Shown: positions 20,004 through 30,904, numbered from the stretch's first letter. The stretch: 64,000 bases of DNA from Candidatus Thorarchaeota archaeon (GCA_048882325.1 JBHLRS010000001.1:1-64000), one strand, 5' to 3'. A program made the numbers and translations. Notes: generated by a model from the letters alone, not told the origin.

Positions 20004-20835
20004 TGGTCGCTGATACATAGGCAACTACACTTGAGGTGTCCTTCGTAATATCTCCTGACGTTGTATATTTCAGAACCTCGAACTGAACCGCACCTCGTTC
20101 TTTTGCATACACCATGGCGGCTGCAATAGGTCCAGCTCCACAGATACTCACTCTGTGTCCCTGCACGAATGAATGGAAACCCTCTGGGTCTAGAAATTCA
20201 AGATACTCCAACGCTTGATTGTCTTTCTTTCTTGCGCTCTCAGCTGATTCAAAATGTGTGAAGTCCGAACTAGCGATGACAAGAATATCCATCTCATCCG
20301 CCAGTTTAGCTAGTGTCTTTCCGATTGACTCACATACTGCGTAGGACTGGTCCGACACACAGATTGGTACAAAGCTCACACCGAGTCCGAATGTATATTG
20401 AAGAAATGGCACCTGCACCTCAAGTGAGTGCTCATTGCTGTGTGCAATGCAGTCGTTTGTAGCAAACTCATCTTCTTCCACAATAGCAGCTCCAAGAACT
20501 CCATCGAATTGTGCAACTCCCAGTGGAGTCTGCCAATCGTCGTTGCAGACGGCAAGTCTTGCGCCAATTCCAGTATGATTTGGTCCAAGCATTACTATAT
20601 GATCTGGTATTCCATCTTCGAAAATCCTCAAGTATGTGTGAGCAGCAGGCATACCTGAATACATGTAGCCTGCGTGTGGGGCAATGACTGCCTTGAGCGA
20701 CCGGGTTGATCCAGGATCTCCCTCTGGAAGCCTACCTGGTCCCAAGGATCCTAAGAAGCAGTTCCTCAACCTATCCTGTAACAGGTCTTCTTTTCCTTCA
20801 TAAAAGCGTCCTGCGACTACCGGCATTCGAACCAT
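19996..20835 (-). CDS. MEMO1 family protein (AmmeMemoRadiSam protein B)
   Basis: VAGRFY, PHAGYMYSG, GPNHTG, EHSLEVQ, SSDFTH, CGAGP. Confidence 0.92.
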   Translation of the reverse strand: MVRMPVVAGRFYEGKEDLLQDRLRNCFLGSLGPGRLPEGDPGSTRSLKAVIAPHAGYMYSGMPAAHTYLRIFEDGIPDHIVMLGPNHTGIGARLAVCNDDWQTPLGVAQFDGVLGAAIVEEDEFATNDCIAHSNEHSLEVQVPFLQYTFGLGVSFVPICVSDQSYAVCESIGKTLAKLADEMDILVIASSDFTHFESAESARKKDNQALEYLEFLDPEGFHSFVQGHRVSICGAGPIAAAMVYAKERGAVQFEVLKYTTSGDITKDTSSVVAYVSATIT

Positions 20836-20918
20836 AGCAATCCCATAGAATTCATTGTAGCCCTGTGAGAAAAGCCTTTGGTCTCTCTGAATTGCTTGTC
20901 CAGAGAGACCTACAATGT

Positions 20919-22232
20919 CTACTCCTTGTCAAGAGCTTTGAGGAGATACCCGATAAGGTCCTCAGTCTTGACCTGTTCAGTTTCTTTTGTAGTCATATCC
21001 CGGACACTGACTTCTCCCTTAGCTATATCTCGTTCTCCAACAATGACTGTGAACTTGGCGTTCTTTAGATCTGCTTGTTGGAGAAGTTTCTTCAAGGATC
21101 TGTCCATGAGGTCAACCTCACATGAAACACCTGATTGAATCAGTTTTGTCTGAAATGATGTAGCAATTCTACGCATTGGACGTTTGATTGGAGCTATAAA
21201 GACATCAAGACGGTTTGTGAGCTCTACATCCACTCCTCTAGCAATAACAACCTCAATCAATCTGCCAATCCCAAGAGAGATACCTGTTGCCGGAGTTGAT
21301 TGACCTCCAAACTTCTCAATTAGATTGTCATAGCGACCTCCTCCTAGAACGGAACCAACCACAGGCTTTCCAAGATATCTTCCCTCAAAGACTGGACCTG
21401 TATAATAGTCCAATCCACGTGCAAGGGACATGTCGAACTCAACCTGTTTCGTGACTCCGCTGTCCTCGAAAATCTCAGCCATTAGAGAGAGTTCATCTAC
21501 GCCCTTGATACCAATCTCTGAACCTTCAAGGAGGTTTCTGAAATCTGATAGAGCTTCTAATCCATTACCCTTGAGTGTGATAGCGTCTATGAGAAAGTCA
21601 CTCTGTTTCTCTCCGATCCCTCGCTCTTCGAGTTCCTTTAGGACACCATCTCTACCAATCTTGTCTAGCTTGTCAATTGCTCTGAAACATTCAAACGCAA
21701 GGTCATCTGGAACCCCAGCTTTCTCAGTCAATCCACGAAGGACCTTTCGGTTGTTGACCCGAATTACATAATCGGACCCAAGAACCTGTTTCAGAAACTC
21801 CAGAGCAATGAGTACCACTTCAGCATCTGCAGCTGGACTTGATGTCCCGATGATATCCACGTCCGCCTGTTCAAACTCTCGATATCTTCCAGCTTGTGGT
21901 CTGTCGTACCTCCAGGCTTTTCCAAGAGCATATCGCTTGAATGGTTTTGGTAAGTGAGGGTTTGTAGCAACTATTCGCGCAAGTGGTACTGTGAGGTCAA
22001 ATCTTAGACCAACCTCTCTCTCACCTTTATCTTTGAACTTGAAAGCTTCATCCTCAACCTCTTCTCCACCCTTAGCCGATAGTGTTTCCCAAAGTTCCAT
22101 CACAGGTGAGTCTAGGGGTTCATAACCATACAGCTCGAAAATCGCAACAGCTGTTTTCATGAGATAATTCCTCACTTGCATCTCTGGACCCATGAGGTCT
22201 CTCATTCCCCTGACTGTTCTCATCTCACTCAT
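20919..22232 (-). CDS. hisS: Histidine--tRNA ligase
   Basis: LRFDLTVP, GRYREFEQ, LARGLDYYTG, GGGRYD; anticodon-binding domain. Confidence 0.97.
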   Translation of the reverse strand: MSEMRTVRGMRDLMGPEMQVRNYLMKTAVAIFELYGYEPLDSPVMELWETLSAKGGEEVEDEAFKFKDKGEREVGLRFDLTVPLARIVATNPHLPKPFKRYALGKAWRYDRPQAGRYREFEQADVDIIGTSSPAADAEVVLIALEFLKQVLGSDYVIRVNNRKVLRGLTEKAGVPDDLAFECFRAIDKLDKIGRDGVLKELEERGIGEKQSDFLIDAITLKGNGLEALSDFRNLLEGSEIGIKGVDELSLMAEIFEDSGVTKQVEFDMSLARGLDYYTGPVFEGRYLGKPVVGSVLGGGRYDNLIEKFGGQSTPATGISLGIGRLIEVVIARGVDVELTNRLDVFIAPIKRPMRRIATSFQTKLIQSGVSCEVDLMDRSLKKLLQQADLKNAKFTVIVGERDIAKGEVSVRDMTTKETEQVKTEDLIGYLLKALDKE

Positions 22233-22379
22233 TGAAATTCCTCCAGAAGTCGTATCGGTTACAGGATGAGATGTCGGCGGTTACACTAAAACTATTCGAA
22301 CGAATGAACAGATTCACCTACTATCATATCTGTCACCATCTGCGAATCCGCACTATTCCACTTTAAGTCTTGTGCTGAA

Positions 22380-23708
22380 TTATCCTAAAATACCGAGTGT
22401 TAACAATACAAGATAGACAATGAAGAATCCACCAATGAAAATCGAGTCTCGTGCAACTTTCTTTAGTAGTTTTGTTTCCCGATCCGCGATATAGACATAG
22501 AACATTTTATTCATGACTGACATGATAGTCGCTAGTAAGACACCATATACCGCCATTGATAGAGAGATATCTCCAACGAAGAACAATGATGCAGCACTTG
22601 CAACTACAGCACCCGCAGAGACAAAGCCTCCGATTACAGCCGCAACTATTAGACCGATATCACTGAAAGTCTCAGTAAGGAATAGCTGAACAAGATAGAC
22701 CACTGCGAAAATTGCTGCAAATCGTAGTGCTGCTCCGAACTCAAATGGTGAAACCAGCTTGGTGTCAAAATTTTGCTCGTTCGGACTATTCTCCGATTTT
22801 TCCTCGATGATTATTCGAATCAGTCCAAAGACTAGAATCGCTACGATTGGAATTAGATACATTGTCAAGAGGTTCAACGTGGTATCAAGAATAATTAGAA
22901 GGAATCCGTTTCTGACAACCATTGCGGCATTAGCAAAAACCACAGATATGGATATCTTGCTGGAGCCTTTGCGTTCGGAACTTACATAGAAATCTGTCAC
23001 ACTTGAAACTGCTGCTTCACTATTAGCGAGACCTCCAAAGAATCCAAAGAAGTAGACCCCCTTGTCTTTGTACTTCTTTACAAGAAGGTAATTTGCAAAA
23101 CTGATTGCGAGAAGAATCACCACAAGCAAGTATATTGTGAATGCAGGATACACAATCGAGCCTATCGTTACCGTCTGTGGCACCAATGGCCAAAGAAAGA
23201 GTATAATCACGCCCAGTTCCACAGCACTGATCATCTCGTCACGGGTCACGACTTCTACAGCATGCGCAAGTTCATCCTTAAACCAAAGAACTACGAAGAC
23301 ACCAAAAGAAACGGTCATTGCCAGCACGCCAAGTGGTCCTATCAAGGCACCTGGTTGATCTGGCGTATCCAATCCTACTAAGACTCCAAGTACAAACGAA
23401 ATCGCAAAGACCAATGGTGTCGTAAGTCCCTTACCCATTGTCCTGAAAAGCTTGTGATAGATTTGAGCAGTTACGAGGATACTAGAGATGATAATTGAAT
23501 AGATTAAGATCACTGGTTCATCAATATATTCTGAAGAGTATGCAGCTAGTGTTCCGAACAAGCTGTGTAACCCAAAGGATCTCACTCCCGCGGTACGCTC
23601 AGCCTCCATCTTCTTTTGCCGTTCTAGTCCAATCAGCGCACCTACCACAAATCCCAGTAGAATCTTTACGACAAGATCTGGATTCGGTAACAGGTGCTGC
23701 ATATTCAC
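22380..23708 (-). CDS. MgtC/SapB plus DUF4010 membrane protein
   Basis: GALIGLERQ, AGVRSF, GLTT, FFGGLANS; multi-TM. Confidence 0.85.
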   Translation of the reverse strand: MNMQHLLPNPDLVVKILLGFVVGALIGLERQKKMEAERTAGVRSFGLHSLFGTLAAYSSEYIDEPVILIYSIIISSILVTAQIYHKLFRTMGKGLTTPLVFAISFVLGVLVGLDTPDQPGALIGPLGVLAMTVSFGVFVVLWFKDELAHAVEVVTRDEMISAVELGVIILFLWPLVPQTVTIGSIVYPAFTIYLLVVILLAISFANYLLVKKYKDKGVYFFGFFGGLANSEAAVSSVTDFYVSSERKGSSKISISVVFANAAMVVRNGFLLIILDTTLNLLTMYLIPIVAILVFGLIRIIIEEKSENSPNEQNFDTKLVSPFEFGAALRFAAIFAVVYLVQLFLTETFSDIGLIVAAVIGGFVSAGAVVASAASLFFVGDISLSMAVYGVLLATIMSVMNKMFYVYIADRETKLLKKVARDSIFIGGFFIVYLVLLTLGILG

Positions 23709-23808
23709 TCACCACTCGGAATAAACGAAATGTATGCGTTGCTTTTAAGGCGTAGTATGATTGCACAACTCAGTATTCTCAGGAAAAAATGAGGTTTCGA
23801 GGTTGGAT

Positions 23809-24489
23809 TTAGTCCAACCTCGTACTCTGCAAGAGTGTCGACAGTGGGATGTCATAACTCTCGCCAGTCGGGAGAGTCCTTCGAACAGTCATAGGCAAGA
23901 CACCAGAACGAAGCTCAGCCTCAGCAAATCCAAAACGTCCTTTTGGCGCATTCTTCATGTCAATCAACACAGGTGCACCCATAGAAATCTGAAGGGCTCG
24001 AGCACCAATTATTCGAGCCTTCTCAAATTTCGTCAGCCATTTTGGACCAACGGGAATTCCCATTGCCTGTTTCTCCTGGTCATAACCAGTGACAAGTCTT
24101 GTACGTTCCTCAGCACGAGCTATGGCCTTTATTGGTTCAAGCGTATGTCTGTCAGGTTCGGGCTCTGGAGCTTTTTTCCTCTTGGACTTAGTCTTTCCAC
24201 TCAGGTCAATCTCTCCTGACTTGACCTTCTCTAGAAGATCTGCAGCCTCCGAAATAGTGGCTTCAGCCTTGGCAACACTCAACCCTGCAACTGCGGCAGC
24301 GAGTTCCTCCTTGTCTGCTTCCACTACTTTCTCGAGTGTATCGAAACCCGCGGCACCAAGTTTCTCTGCAGTCTTCGGACCTACTCCAGGAATATTGGTG
24401 AGAAGCGCTACAATCTGTTCGATGGTAGGCTCAGCTGATTCTTCAGCCTCAGTTTCTTCTGTTTCTTGTGGTTTAGAGCCTTCTGACAT
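23809..24489 (-). CDS. rpo6: RNA polymerase subunit Rpo6 (K) with N-terminal helix-hairpin-helix domain
   Basis: LTKFEKARIIGARALQISMGAP...LPMTVRR; N-terminal IPGVGPKTAEKL HhH. Confidence 0.92.
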   Translation of the reverse strand: MSEGSKPQETEETEAEESAEPTIEQIVALLTNIPGVGPKTAEKLGAAGFDTLEKVVEADKEELAAAVAGLSVAKAEATISEAADLLEKVKSGEIDLSGKTKSKRKKAPEPEPDRHTLEPIKAIARAEERTRLVTGYDQEKQAMGIPVGPKWLTKFEKARIIGARALQISMGAPVLIDMKNAPKGRFGFAEAELRSGVLPMTVRRTLPTGESYDIPLSTLLQSTRLD

Positions 24490-24525
24490 GAGCTACACCT
24501 GATTCTGTTCCACGTTTGACTCTTT

Positions 24526-26166
24526 CTATTCGTCGTCGCCGAAGTCTCCAGCTCCGCCAGGACCACCACCCATGTCAGGTGTACCTTTAGAACTGATGAC
24601 ATCATCGATCTTTAAGATCATCTGTGCAGCCTCAGCTGCTGACATAACAATCTGTCGATTAACGATAGCAGCTTCTACAATACGGGCTGCTTTCATGTCG
24701 TCTACCTTTCCCTTATCGATGTTGATACCATGATGAACTTTGCCCTCGGTGTGGGCTTTTCTGAGGTTTACAATGACATCAATGGGGTCAAGACCTGCAT
24801 TCTCAGCCAAGACATTTGGTAAGGACTCGATTGCATCAGCAAATGCATTCACTGCATACTGCTCACGTCCCTCGAGTGTTGCAGAATAGTCTCTGAGCTG
24901 CTTCGAGATCTCTGAAGCCAATGCACCTCCTCCATAGGTGACTGCTGGATGAATGACAACATCTCTCACAACGTAGAGTGCATCATTAAGTGCGCGGTCA
25001 ACCTCGTCCACAATATGGTCAGTCCCGCCTCTGACTAGCAGCGTGACAACTGTTGACTTGGGGGTGCCCTCGATGAAGAGCATCTTGTCATCTCCGACAT
25101 CTCTTTGCTCAACAAGCTTAGCTTTACCAAGATCATCAGCTGTCAGGTTCTGAATCTTGGAAACAATTGCTGCACCTGTTGTCTTGTGAACTCGTTCCAC
25201 ATCAGATTTCTTAATCCTTCTGACTGCGAGGATGCCCTCCTTAGCTAAGTAATGCTGAACAACATCATCAATGCCCTTCTGCGCAATCACAACATTAGCG
25301 CCAGCTTCAACGATCTTATCGACCATACTCTTCAACATTCGCTCCTCTTCGTCAAGGAAACTCTGCATAGAGGATGGATCTGTTATTGAGATTTTGGCAT
25401 CAAACTCGGTCTTAGTAACTTCAAGTGCAGACTCAAGCAGTGCGATTTTTGCACCATCTACCCTTTTGGGCATTCCAGCATGGACAATCTCCTTGTCCAG
25501 TACTAGACCCTTCACGAGTTCAGTACGGTCGACAGGCATTCCTTCCTGTTTCTGGCGAGGTATGTTATCGACATCTAGTTCCTCACCCTCCGGAACATCC
25601 TTAGCGATTGCGAGGACTCCTTCTACTACTATCTTTGCAAGATATTCTTTGTGAGTGGATACAAACTTGCTTGACATTGAGGTCTCGGCTACATCCATGA
25701 GGATCTTCTTGTAGTCCTTGTCTTCTGGGTCTACTTTTTCTGCTACCTCTTCAATGACCTCCAACGCTTTTTGAGTGGCCTTTCTGTAACCACTGATAAT
25801 TGTGGTCGGATGGATTTTCTGGTCGAGGAGAGTTTCAGCCTGCTTAAGCAGATCTCCAGTCAGAATTGCGGCCGTTGTTGTACCATCACCAACTTCTGCA
25901 TCCACAGTCTTTGAGACTTCAATCACCATTTTAGCTGCAGGATGAGCGACATCCATTTCTTTCAGAATGGTTGCTCCATCGTTGCTCACTGTAATATCGC
26001 CAAAGCTATCAACTAGCATTTTATCCATGCCTTTTGGTCCAAGGGCGGACTTTACAGCTTCAGCAATCACGATAGCGGCCATGATATTGTTTCGCTGTGC
26101 GTCACGGCCACGTGTTCTCTCGGTGTCTTCTCTAAGAACTATCACCGGTACCTGTTGACTCATCAA
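24526..26166 (-). CDS. ths: Thermosome subunit (group II chaperonin)
   Basis: [28 protein letters not shown]. Confidence 0.97.
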   Translation of the reverse strand: MMSQQVPVIVLREDTERTRGRDAQRNNIMAAIVIAEAVKSALGPKGMDKMLVDSFGDITVSNDGATILKEMDVAHPAAKMVIEVSKTVDAEVGDGTTTAAILTGDLLKQAETLLDQKIHPTTIISGYRKATQKALEVIEEVAEKVDPEDKDYKKILMDVAETSMSSKFVSTHKEYLAKIVVEGVLAIAKDVPEGEELDVDNIPRQKQEGMPVDRTELVKGLVLDKEIVHAGMPKRVDGAKIALLESALEVTKTEFDAKISITDPSSMQSFLDEEERMLKSMVDKIVEAGANVVIAQKGIDDVVQHYLAKEGILAVRRIKKSDVERVHKTTGAAIVSKIQNLTADDLGKAKLVEQRDVGDDKMLFIEGTPKSTVVTLLVRGGTDHIVDEVDRALNDALYVVRDVVIHPAVTYGGGALASEISKQLRDYSATLEGREQYAVNAFADAIESLPNVLAENAGLDPIDVIVNLRKAHTEGKVHHGINIDKGKVDDMKAARIVEAAIVNRQIVMSAAEAAQMILKIDDVISSKGTPDMGGGPGGAGDFGDDE

Positions 26167-26195
26167 TTAGTTCCTCCTTTGTCTGGTCTGCCTAG

Positions 26196-26241
26196 CCAGT
26201 TGATAGAAAACTGACTGATTTTGACCAGTTCAAGAAAACTG
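26196..26241. promoter_or_regulatory. Two palindromic direct repeats CAGTT-N6/7-AACTG upstream of the thermosome gene
   Basis: CCAGTTGATAGAAAACTG (26196-26213) and CCAGTTCAAGAAAACTG (26225-26241); TATA-like TTTATAT on the minus strand at about 26267-26273. Confidence 0.5.
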
Positions 26242-26282
26242 TACATGCGCTTCGCAGAGGTTTTGATATAAAAACGTTAGCT

Positions 26283-27200
26283 TCAAGCTATGATTTTGGG
26301 CCGCCTCAGAACTACATTGTTTCCCCGTTTTGCACCAAGGGCTTGAGAGATGTGAGAGCACTTGGCTTTCGTCACGTAGTATGTTTCCACACCAGTGTTT
26401 CGTTGGATTTCTGGAACAGTCTCTATGTTTGCCTGTCCCTTCGAGATAACCATGTCACTCTCCTTCATTAATTGTAGAAACTCCTTACTGACATATTCTT
26501 TGGGAACGCCATGCGCCCAGGCACCACTGTTTGTTATAGTAGCTAGGTTTTCTATCTCAGTTCCACGCACATCATCCTCAGTGGCGTCATTGATTATTGC
26601 TTTTCCCTTCACAACAAAGGTCGTTTCCCACCCAAGTTCCTTCAGAAATCTCAAGAGAGGAATGTCAAGAATTACTTCTCCTGCATTATCACCCAGAAAG
26701 AGGAGTCTACCCCTCTTTGTGCTTAGAGATTTCCATAAATGCTCGGAGTCATCAGGTGCGAATCCCTCTCTGAGTACGGAATCAAAAACCTCCGCCAATG
26801 TGTCTAGATCTGGTTGGTGTTCTGCAGTGTTGTAGTCGATGACATTACCTGTAATGGACGCTGCAAGACATGCTTTGAGTCGTGAATATCCCTCTAATTC
26901 CATGACTTTCTTCTCAACCAAAGGCAATGCTCTGAGAGCGGATTCATTACTGAGTTTCTTGATTTTTGCATATGGATCCTCAACCCCTCCCATTTTATAC
27001 AAATCTTGATAGAGTCGTATTGACAAGAGAATTGGAGTTTGCTTTTCTCTATACCCCTCAGAGATTCGTTTGAACGCAAATGAGAATAGTTTGTTCTGCT
27101 TTTCCTCATCTTTCGTAAGAAGTGGAATCATAGTCTTCAGACTGTTGGCGATACAGGCTGAGCATTCTGGAATTAGTGGGACCTCAATACGGTCATTCAT
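26283..27200 (-). CDS. DUF89/ARMT1-like damage-control phosphatase
   Basis: ECSAC, DPYAKIK, GNVIDY, DNAGE, INDAT, KGQAN; start overlaps the upstream stop. Confidence 0.9.
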   Translation of the reverse strand: MNDRIEVPLIPECSACIANSLKTMIPLLTKDEEKQNKLFSFAFKRISEGYREKQTPILLSIRLYQDLYKMGGVEDPYAKIKKLSNESALRALPLVEKKVMELEGYSRLKACLAASITGNVIDYNTAEHQPDLDTLAEVFDSVLREGFAPDDSEHLWKSLSTKRGRLLFLGDNAGEVILDIPLLRFLKELGWETTFVVKGKAIINDATEDDVRGTEIENLATITNSGAWAHGVPKEYVSKEFLQLMKESDMVISKGQANIETVPEIQRNTGVETYYVTKAKCSHISQALGAKRGNNVVLRRPKIIA

Positions 27201-27699
27201 CAGTAGACTCAGCCTCAGGCGCATCGTCAATCCGCTTAATCATGAGGTATGCATCCTCACCATCGCGATAATATCCCCGCAAAACTCTACGAACTGAGTA
27301 TCCAAGTGTCTCGTAGACTGCTATAGCGTTTTCATTCGTTTTCCTGACCTCAAGAAAGAACTCTGTTGCTCCATAGTCCATCATGCCCTTCATTCCAGCT
27401 GTAATGAGGGCTGTGCCAACTCCTTTCTTCCTCATTGTGTGAAGAACTGCAACAGAAACAATGTGCCCCTTCTTTACGGGCATTCGGCCAAAGCCAGAGA
27501 TTCCCCTCTCGATTCGACACATGATGTATCCTATAATCTCTCCCTCATGCTCCGCCACGAAGAATGCTTTAGGTGCATGATAGTGGAGACCCATGAAAAA
27601 CTGATCCGGATAGTTCTCAGGCAAGCATTTCTGGTTGATGGACACGACATGCTTGATGTCATCCGGTTCAAATTCACGAAGTGTAAAGGAGTCATTCAT
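27193..27699 (-). CDS. ard1: N-terminal acetyltransferase (archaeal Ard1/RimI)
   Basis: LPENY, KGHIVSVAV, LEVRKTN, YYRDGEDA; start uncertain (could extend to 27744). Confidence 0.88.
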   Translation of the reverse strand: MNDSFTLREFEPDDIKHVVSINQKCLPENYPDQFFMGLHYHAPKAFFVAEHEGEIIGYIMCRIERGISGFGRMPVKKGHIVSVAVLHTMRKKGVGTALITAGMKGMMDYGATEFFLEVRKTNENAIAVYETLGYSVRRVLRGYYRDGEDAYLMIKRIDDAPEAESTDE

Positions 27700-27799
27700 G
27701 GTTGGAGAAATCATTTTCATACATCTTTTATCAATTATGCACACGCACTTCTTGTTACATTCTCAAAGCTTATCTTGCAGCTTCAACCAAAAAAGCGCT

Positions 27800-28369
27800 A
27801 TGTCCGTGATACTCTTGGGTGGTTCACCTGGAACCGGTAAAACAATGGTCGCAAAAATTCTGGGAAGCAAGCTTAGTGTAGAAGTGATTGCACTTGGGGA
27901 TTTAGCTGATGCATATGGCTGCATCTCTGCGGAAGACAAGGCTCGTCAGACAGGCATTATCAACGAAGACTGCCTTGTTGATGCTTTAGTAGAGTTGACT
28001 GAGGATCGGAGTAAGCGGATGGTCATTGAGGGGCATTACATTGATCTTGTTCCAAGCGCCTCAGTTCAATGGGTATTCATCCTTCGGACACACCCTGAGC
28101 ATCTGCAAACTAGGCTCTCAAAGAGAGATTATTCTGAGGAGAAAGTATCAGAGAATGTGGAAGCGGAAGTGATGGGTGTCTGTCAAATGGATGCACTTGA
28201 CGCGTTTGGAGAAACTCGAGTTTTTGAGATTGATACAACTGAAATGGGTGCACCAGAAGTTGCTTCGAAGATTGAAGCAATCATGAAGAACGGATCTTCG
28301 CCAATTCGAATTGATTGGATGTCTATGTTAGAAGAAGAAGGAAGACTGGATGAGTTTCTCAGAGACTAG
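27800..28369 (+). CDS. Adenylate kinase, AK6/Fap7 family
   Basis: GSPGTGKT, VIEGH, RLSKRDYSEEKVSENVEAE. Confidence 0.9.
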   Translation: MSVILLGGSPGTGKTMVAKILGSKLSVEVIALGDLADAYGCISAEDKARQTGIINEDCLVDALVELTEDRSKRMVIEGHYIDLVPSASVQWVFILRTHPEHLQTRLSKRDYSEEKVSENVEAEVMGVCQMDALDAFGETRVFEIDTTEMGAPEVASKIEAIMKNGSSPIRIDWMSMLEEEGRLDEFLRD

Positions 28370-29013
28370 TCTTCTTTCTCTTTAAGGGCAATTGCAAGAA
28401 GTGCCACTATTGCGGAGATAAACATAGAGAGCACAGTTGGTGTTGCATAGATCAATCCCTCCAAAGAACGATCTGCAGAAACTGCGAAGGTTATGAGAAA
28501 CAGTACCGTTCCTCCTGCCATTCCCATTAAGGCTGCAGGTATGAGTGCCAGCCATGTGTATCTTGGGTTTCGATATGCAAAGTAGCTCAGTAAAATCATG
28601 AAGATTCCAGCAATCACTGGGAACAAGTAGACAACACCCCAAGTTCTGGTAAATGCTTCAGGAAATGTGCTGAATCCAACCTCTGGAGGAACACCGGGTT
28701 CACGGTGCATGACTTCCAAAAACTCAGTAGAAATAGCCAAGAAACCACCAAGGACCAGTGAAGTTGCGGGCCACCGATAAGTGAGCATACCTAATTGACG
28801 TTTTCTTAGTTGCTTTCTAAGTTCCTGCGCTTTTCTTTGCCGCTCAGACTCTCGACTAATTTCAATTTCTCTTTCATTTTTGGTAAGACCGTCATCGATA
28901 TCGTCATCATCTGCTTCTTCATCAATGGCATCAACGAGGTCCTCAGCCATATCATCTGAATTCTGGTTGTCTTCGTCCATTCTTGTTCCTACTGCTTGCA
29001 TATCTTCACGCAT
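28366..29013 (-). CDS. Four-TM membrane protein with acidic and coiled N-terminus
   Basis: Asp-rich then basic N-terminus, followed by four hydrophobic helices. Confidence 0.7.
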   Translation of the reverse strand: MREDMQAVGTRMDEDNQNSDDMAEDLVDAIDEEADDDDIDDGLTKNEREIEISRESERQRKAQELRKQLRKRQLGMLTYRWPATSLVLGGFLAISTEFLEVMHREPGVPPEVGFSTFPEAFTRTWGVVYLFPVIAGIFMILLSYFAYRNPRYTWLALIPAALMGMAGGTVLFLITFAVSADRSLEGLIYATPTVLSMFISAIVALLAIALKEKED

Positions 29014-29020
29014 TTAAGTA

Positions 29021-30904
29021 TCAGTATATGCGAATCTTCCTTGATGCTGGATAGGTACTAAGACTCTCCAGTTCACGAACTAGATTGTGGGTCATTACAT
29101 TCTCAATACTCGACATGATGTCAGGTTCTTGGCATGTTGTAATCAAGTCCTGATGCTTACTACTAGCTCGTTGTTCGAGAGTATCATCACCAAAGTAGAG
29201 AGAATAAACGAGACCATCAGCAAGAGTTTCAAGACTTTGGACATGCTGTCGATCTGGGTGGTCCTCTTTACTTGAGTAGATCTGACTCAGCTTGAGGAAT
29301 AGTTTTCTGTAAACTTGAGGTCGCTTTGGAATTACAAGCGGGAGTTCCTCCATAATCCCTGTGTTTAGACAACAAGTAAGTTGGGAGTAGTTTGTAAGAT
29401 ACCGTATTGAAATATGACGAACAAGCTTTGAGTTCAGAATCAACCCTAGTACTGGTAGGTCTGCATTTTCATAGAGGGGTGTAATATTGACAATGCCCCC
29501 TCCATGTATCATTCCACTTGGTTTTATTATGCAGCGAGGAAACCTATAGTTCTTGGTAGCAACTAGCAGGTCATTCTCAAAGGAATGTCTCAGTGCAGCG
29601 TCTGTCTTGAACCAATCATCAGTATAGTACACATGTGATTCGTGTAAACCATATCGTTGAACACTTCTTCCACTGGTTATGTATGGAACGTTGAATCTAG
29701 GAGTTCGATTCTTTCTGACATGTCCTTTTGGAATGTCTCGCCCTCTCCCAGCGACAAGCATGTATCTCTTTCCTCTGTTGAGTATCTGGGTTAGGATGTG
29801 ATCATGGTAGATGGAGAAAACTTGACTCTCTCTCATTACACCAGCTGATACAACATTAGATTGTTCCATCCCCGGTCGTCTGGAATAGATCTCAATCTCA
29901 TAATCATGTGGACTTCTCAAGGTTTCACAGAATATGCTAACCATCTCAAGCGTGACATCATTGAATGGACTTCCTTCATCGACAACTTTCCTGAGTTTGG
30001 TGTGATTCATTAGAAAGTTCCGAGTTTTAGTAAATTGCTTGACACGTAGGAAGCTATTGGGTACAAGAAATCCAAGCTGTGCGTTTTTACTCATTAACGA
30101 AATTGCCCGAACAAGAAAGTGTGCTGCACTGTTCCATGTGCCCACTCTGCTACCGCCAACAGAAATCGGGTAGGTGGTCGATATGTGATGACGTTCAAGT
30201 TGACCCAGAATACTCCCGTATGGTGGATTCCCAAGAATGATATCAAATCCGGAGTTTGCACTTGTAAAGACCTGCGGAAACTCAAAATGCCAATGTATCG
30301 GATGGGAATCCTCAAAACGCTCTAGATACTTTTGCGGATTTCTTGAACTCATGGCTCTAGCAAGCTCATAATTAAGGTCATCACTAGATTCTAAATCCAG
30401 ATACTCATTGATGAAGCCAACTAGGCTGTTACCTGTCTTGAAATTTCGAAGCTTTGATGAAGGGAGATTACCCCACTTACTAATTTTCTCAATACAAGAT
30501 TCTATAGCTTGCCTAGCTAAATCAACACCAAAGAGGCTCTGCTTTGCAATCATTGTTTTTCGATCCTTTTCTGATAGGTCATCACTTAGTTCAAGACGTA
30601 CTCGTGAGAGTAATTCACCTGCTGAAACTAAGAAAACACCATCGCCAACTGCTGGATCGAGAACCGTGATATGACAGATCTCCTCTAGTAGTTCTCTTTT
30701 CTTGGGATTTTTCAGCCTCTGAAGAGTACTGATTTCACACACACGTTTTCCGATTTTTTCAGAAATCCAAGCAAAGATTGCATCATGTGCTATCATTTTT
30801 GCAAGAGGTTCTGGAGTGTAAAAGGTTCCAGTGCTCTTCTTGTGAAACCTAATGGACATAAGAGAGTCTTCGGTTTTGGTTTGATAACTGGAGTTGTTCC
30901 GCAT
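29021..30904 (-). CDS. N6-adenine DNA methyltransferase (gamma class, Eco57I/TaqI-like)
   Basis: GTFYTP, LDPAVGDGVF, FGVDL, GNSL, FDIILGNPPY; TaqI-C-like tail. Confidence 0.88.
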   Translation of the reverse strand: MRNNSSYQTKTEDSLMSIRFHKKSTGTFYTPEPLAKMIAHDAIFAWISEKIGKRVCEISTLQRLKNPKKRELLEEICHITVLDPAVGDGVFLVSAGELLSRVRLELSDDLSEKDRKTMIAKQSLFGVDLARQAIESCIEKISKWGNLPSSKLRNFKTGNSLVGFINEYLDLESSDDLNYELARAMSSRNPQKYLERFEDSHPIHWHFEFPQVFTSANSGFDIILGNPPYGSILGQLERHHISTTYPISVGGSRVGTWNSAAHFLVRAISLMSKNAQLGFLVPNSFLRVKQFTKTRNFLMNHTKLRKVVDEGSPFNDVTLEMVSIFCETLRSPHDYEIEIYSRRPGMEQSNVVSAGVMRESQVFSIYHDHILTQILNRGKRYMLVAGRGRDIPKGHVRKNRTPRFNVPYITSGRSVQRYGLHESHVYYTDDWFKTDAALRHSFENDLLVATKNYRFPRCIIKPSGMIHGGGIVNITPLYENADLPVLGLILNSKLVRHISIRYLTNYSQLTCCLNTGIMEELPLVIPKRPQVYRKLFLKLSQIYSSKEDHPDRQHVQSLETLADGLVYSLYFGDDTLEQRASSKHQDLITTCQEPDIMSSIENVMTHNLVRELESLSTYPASRKIRIY

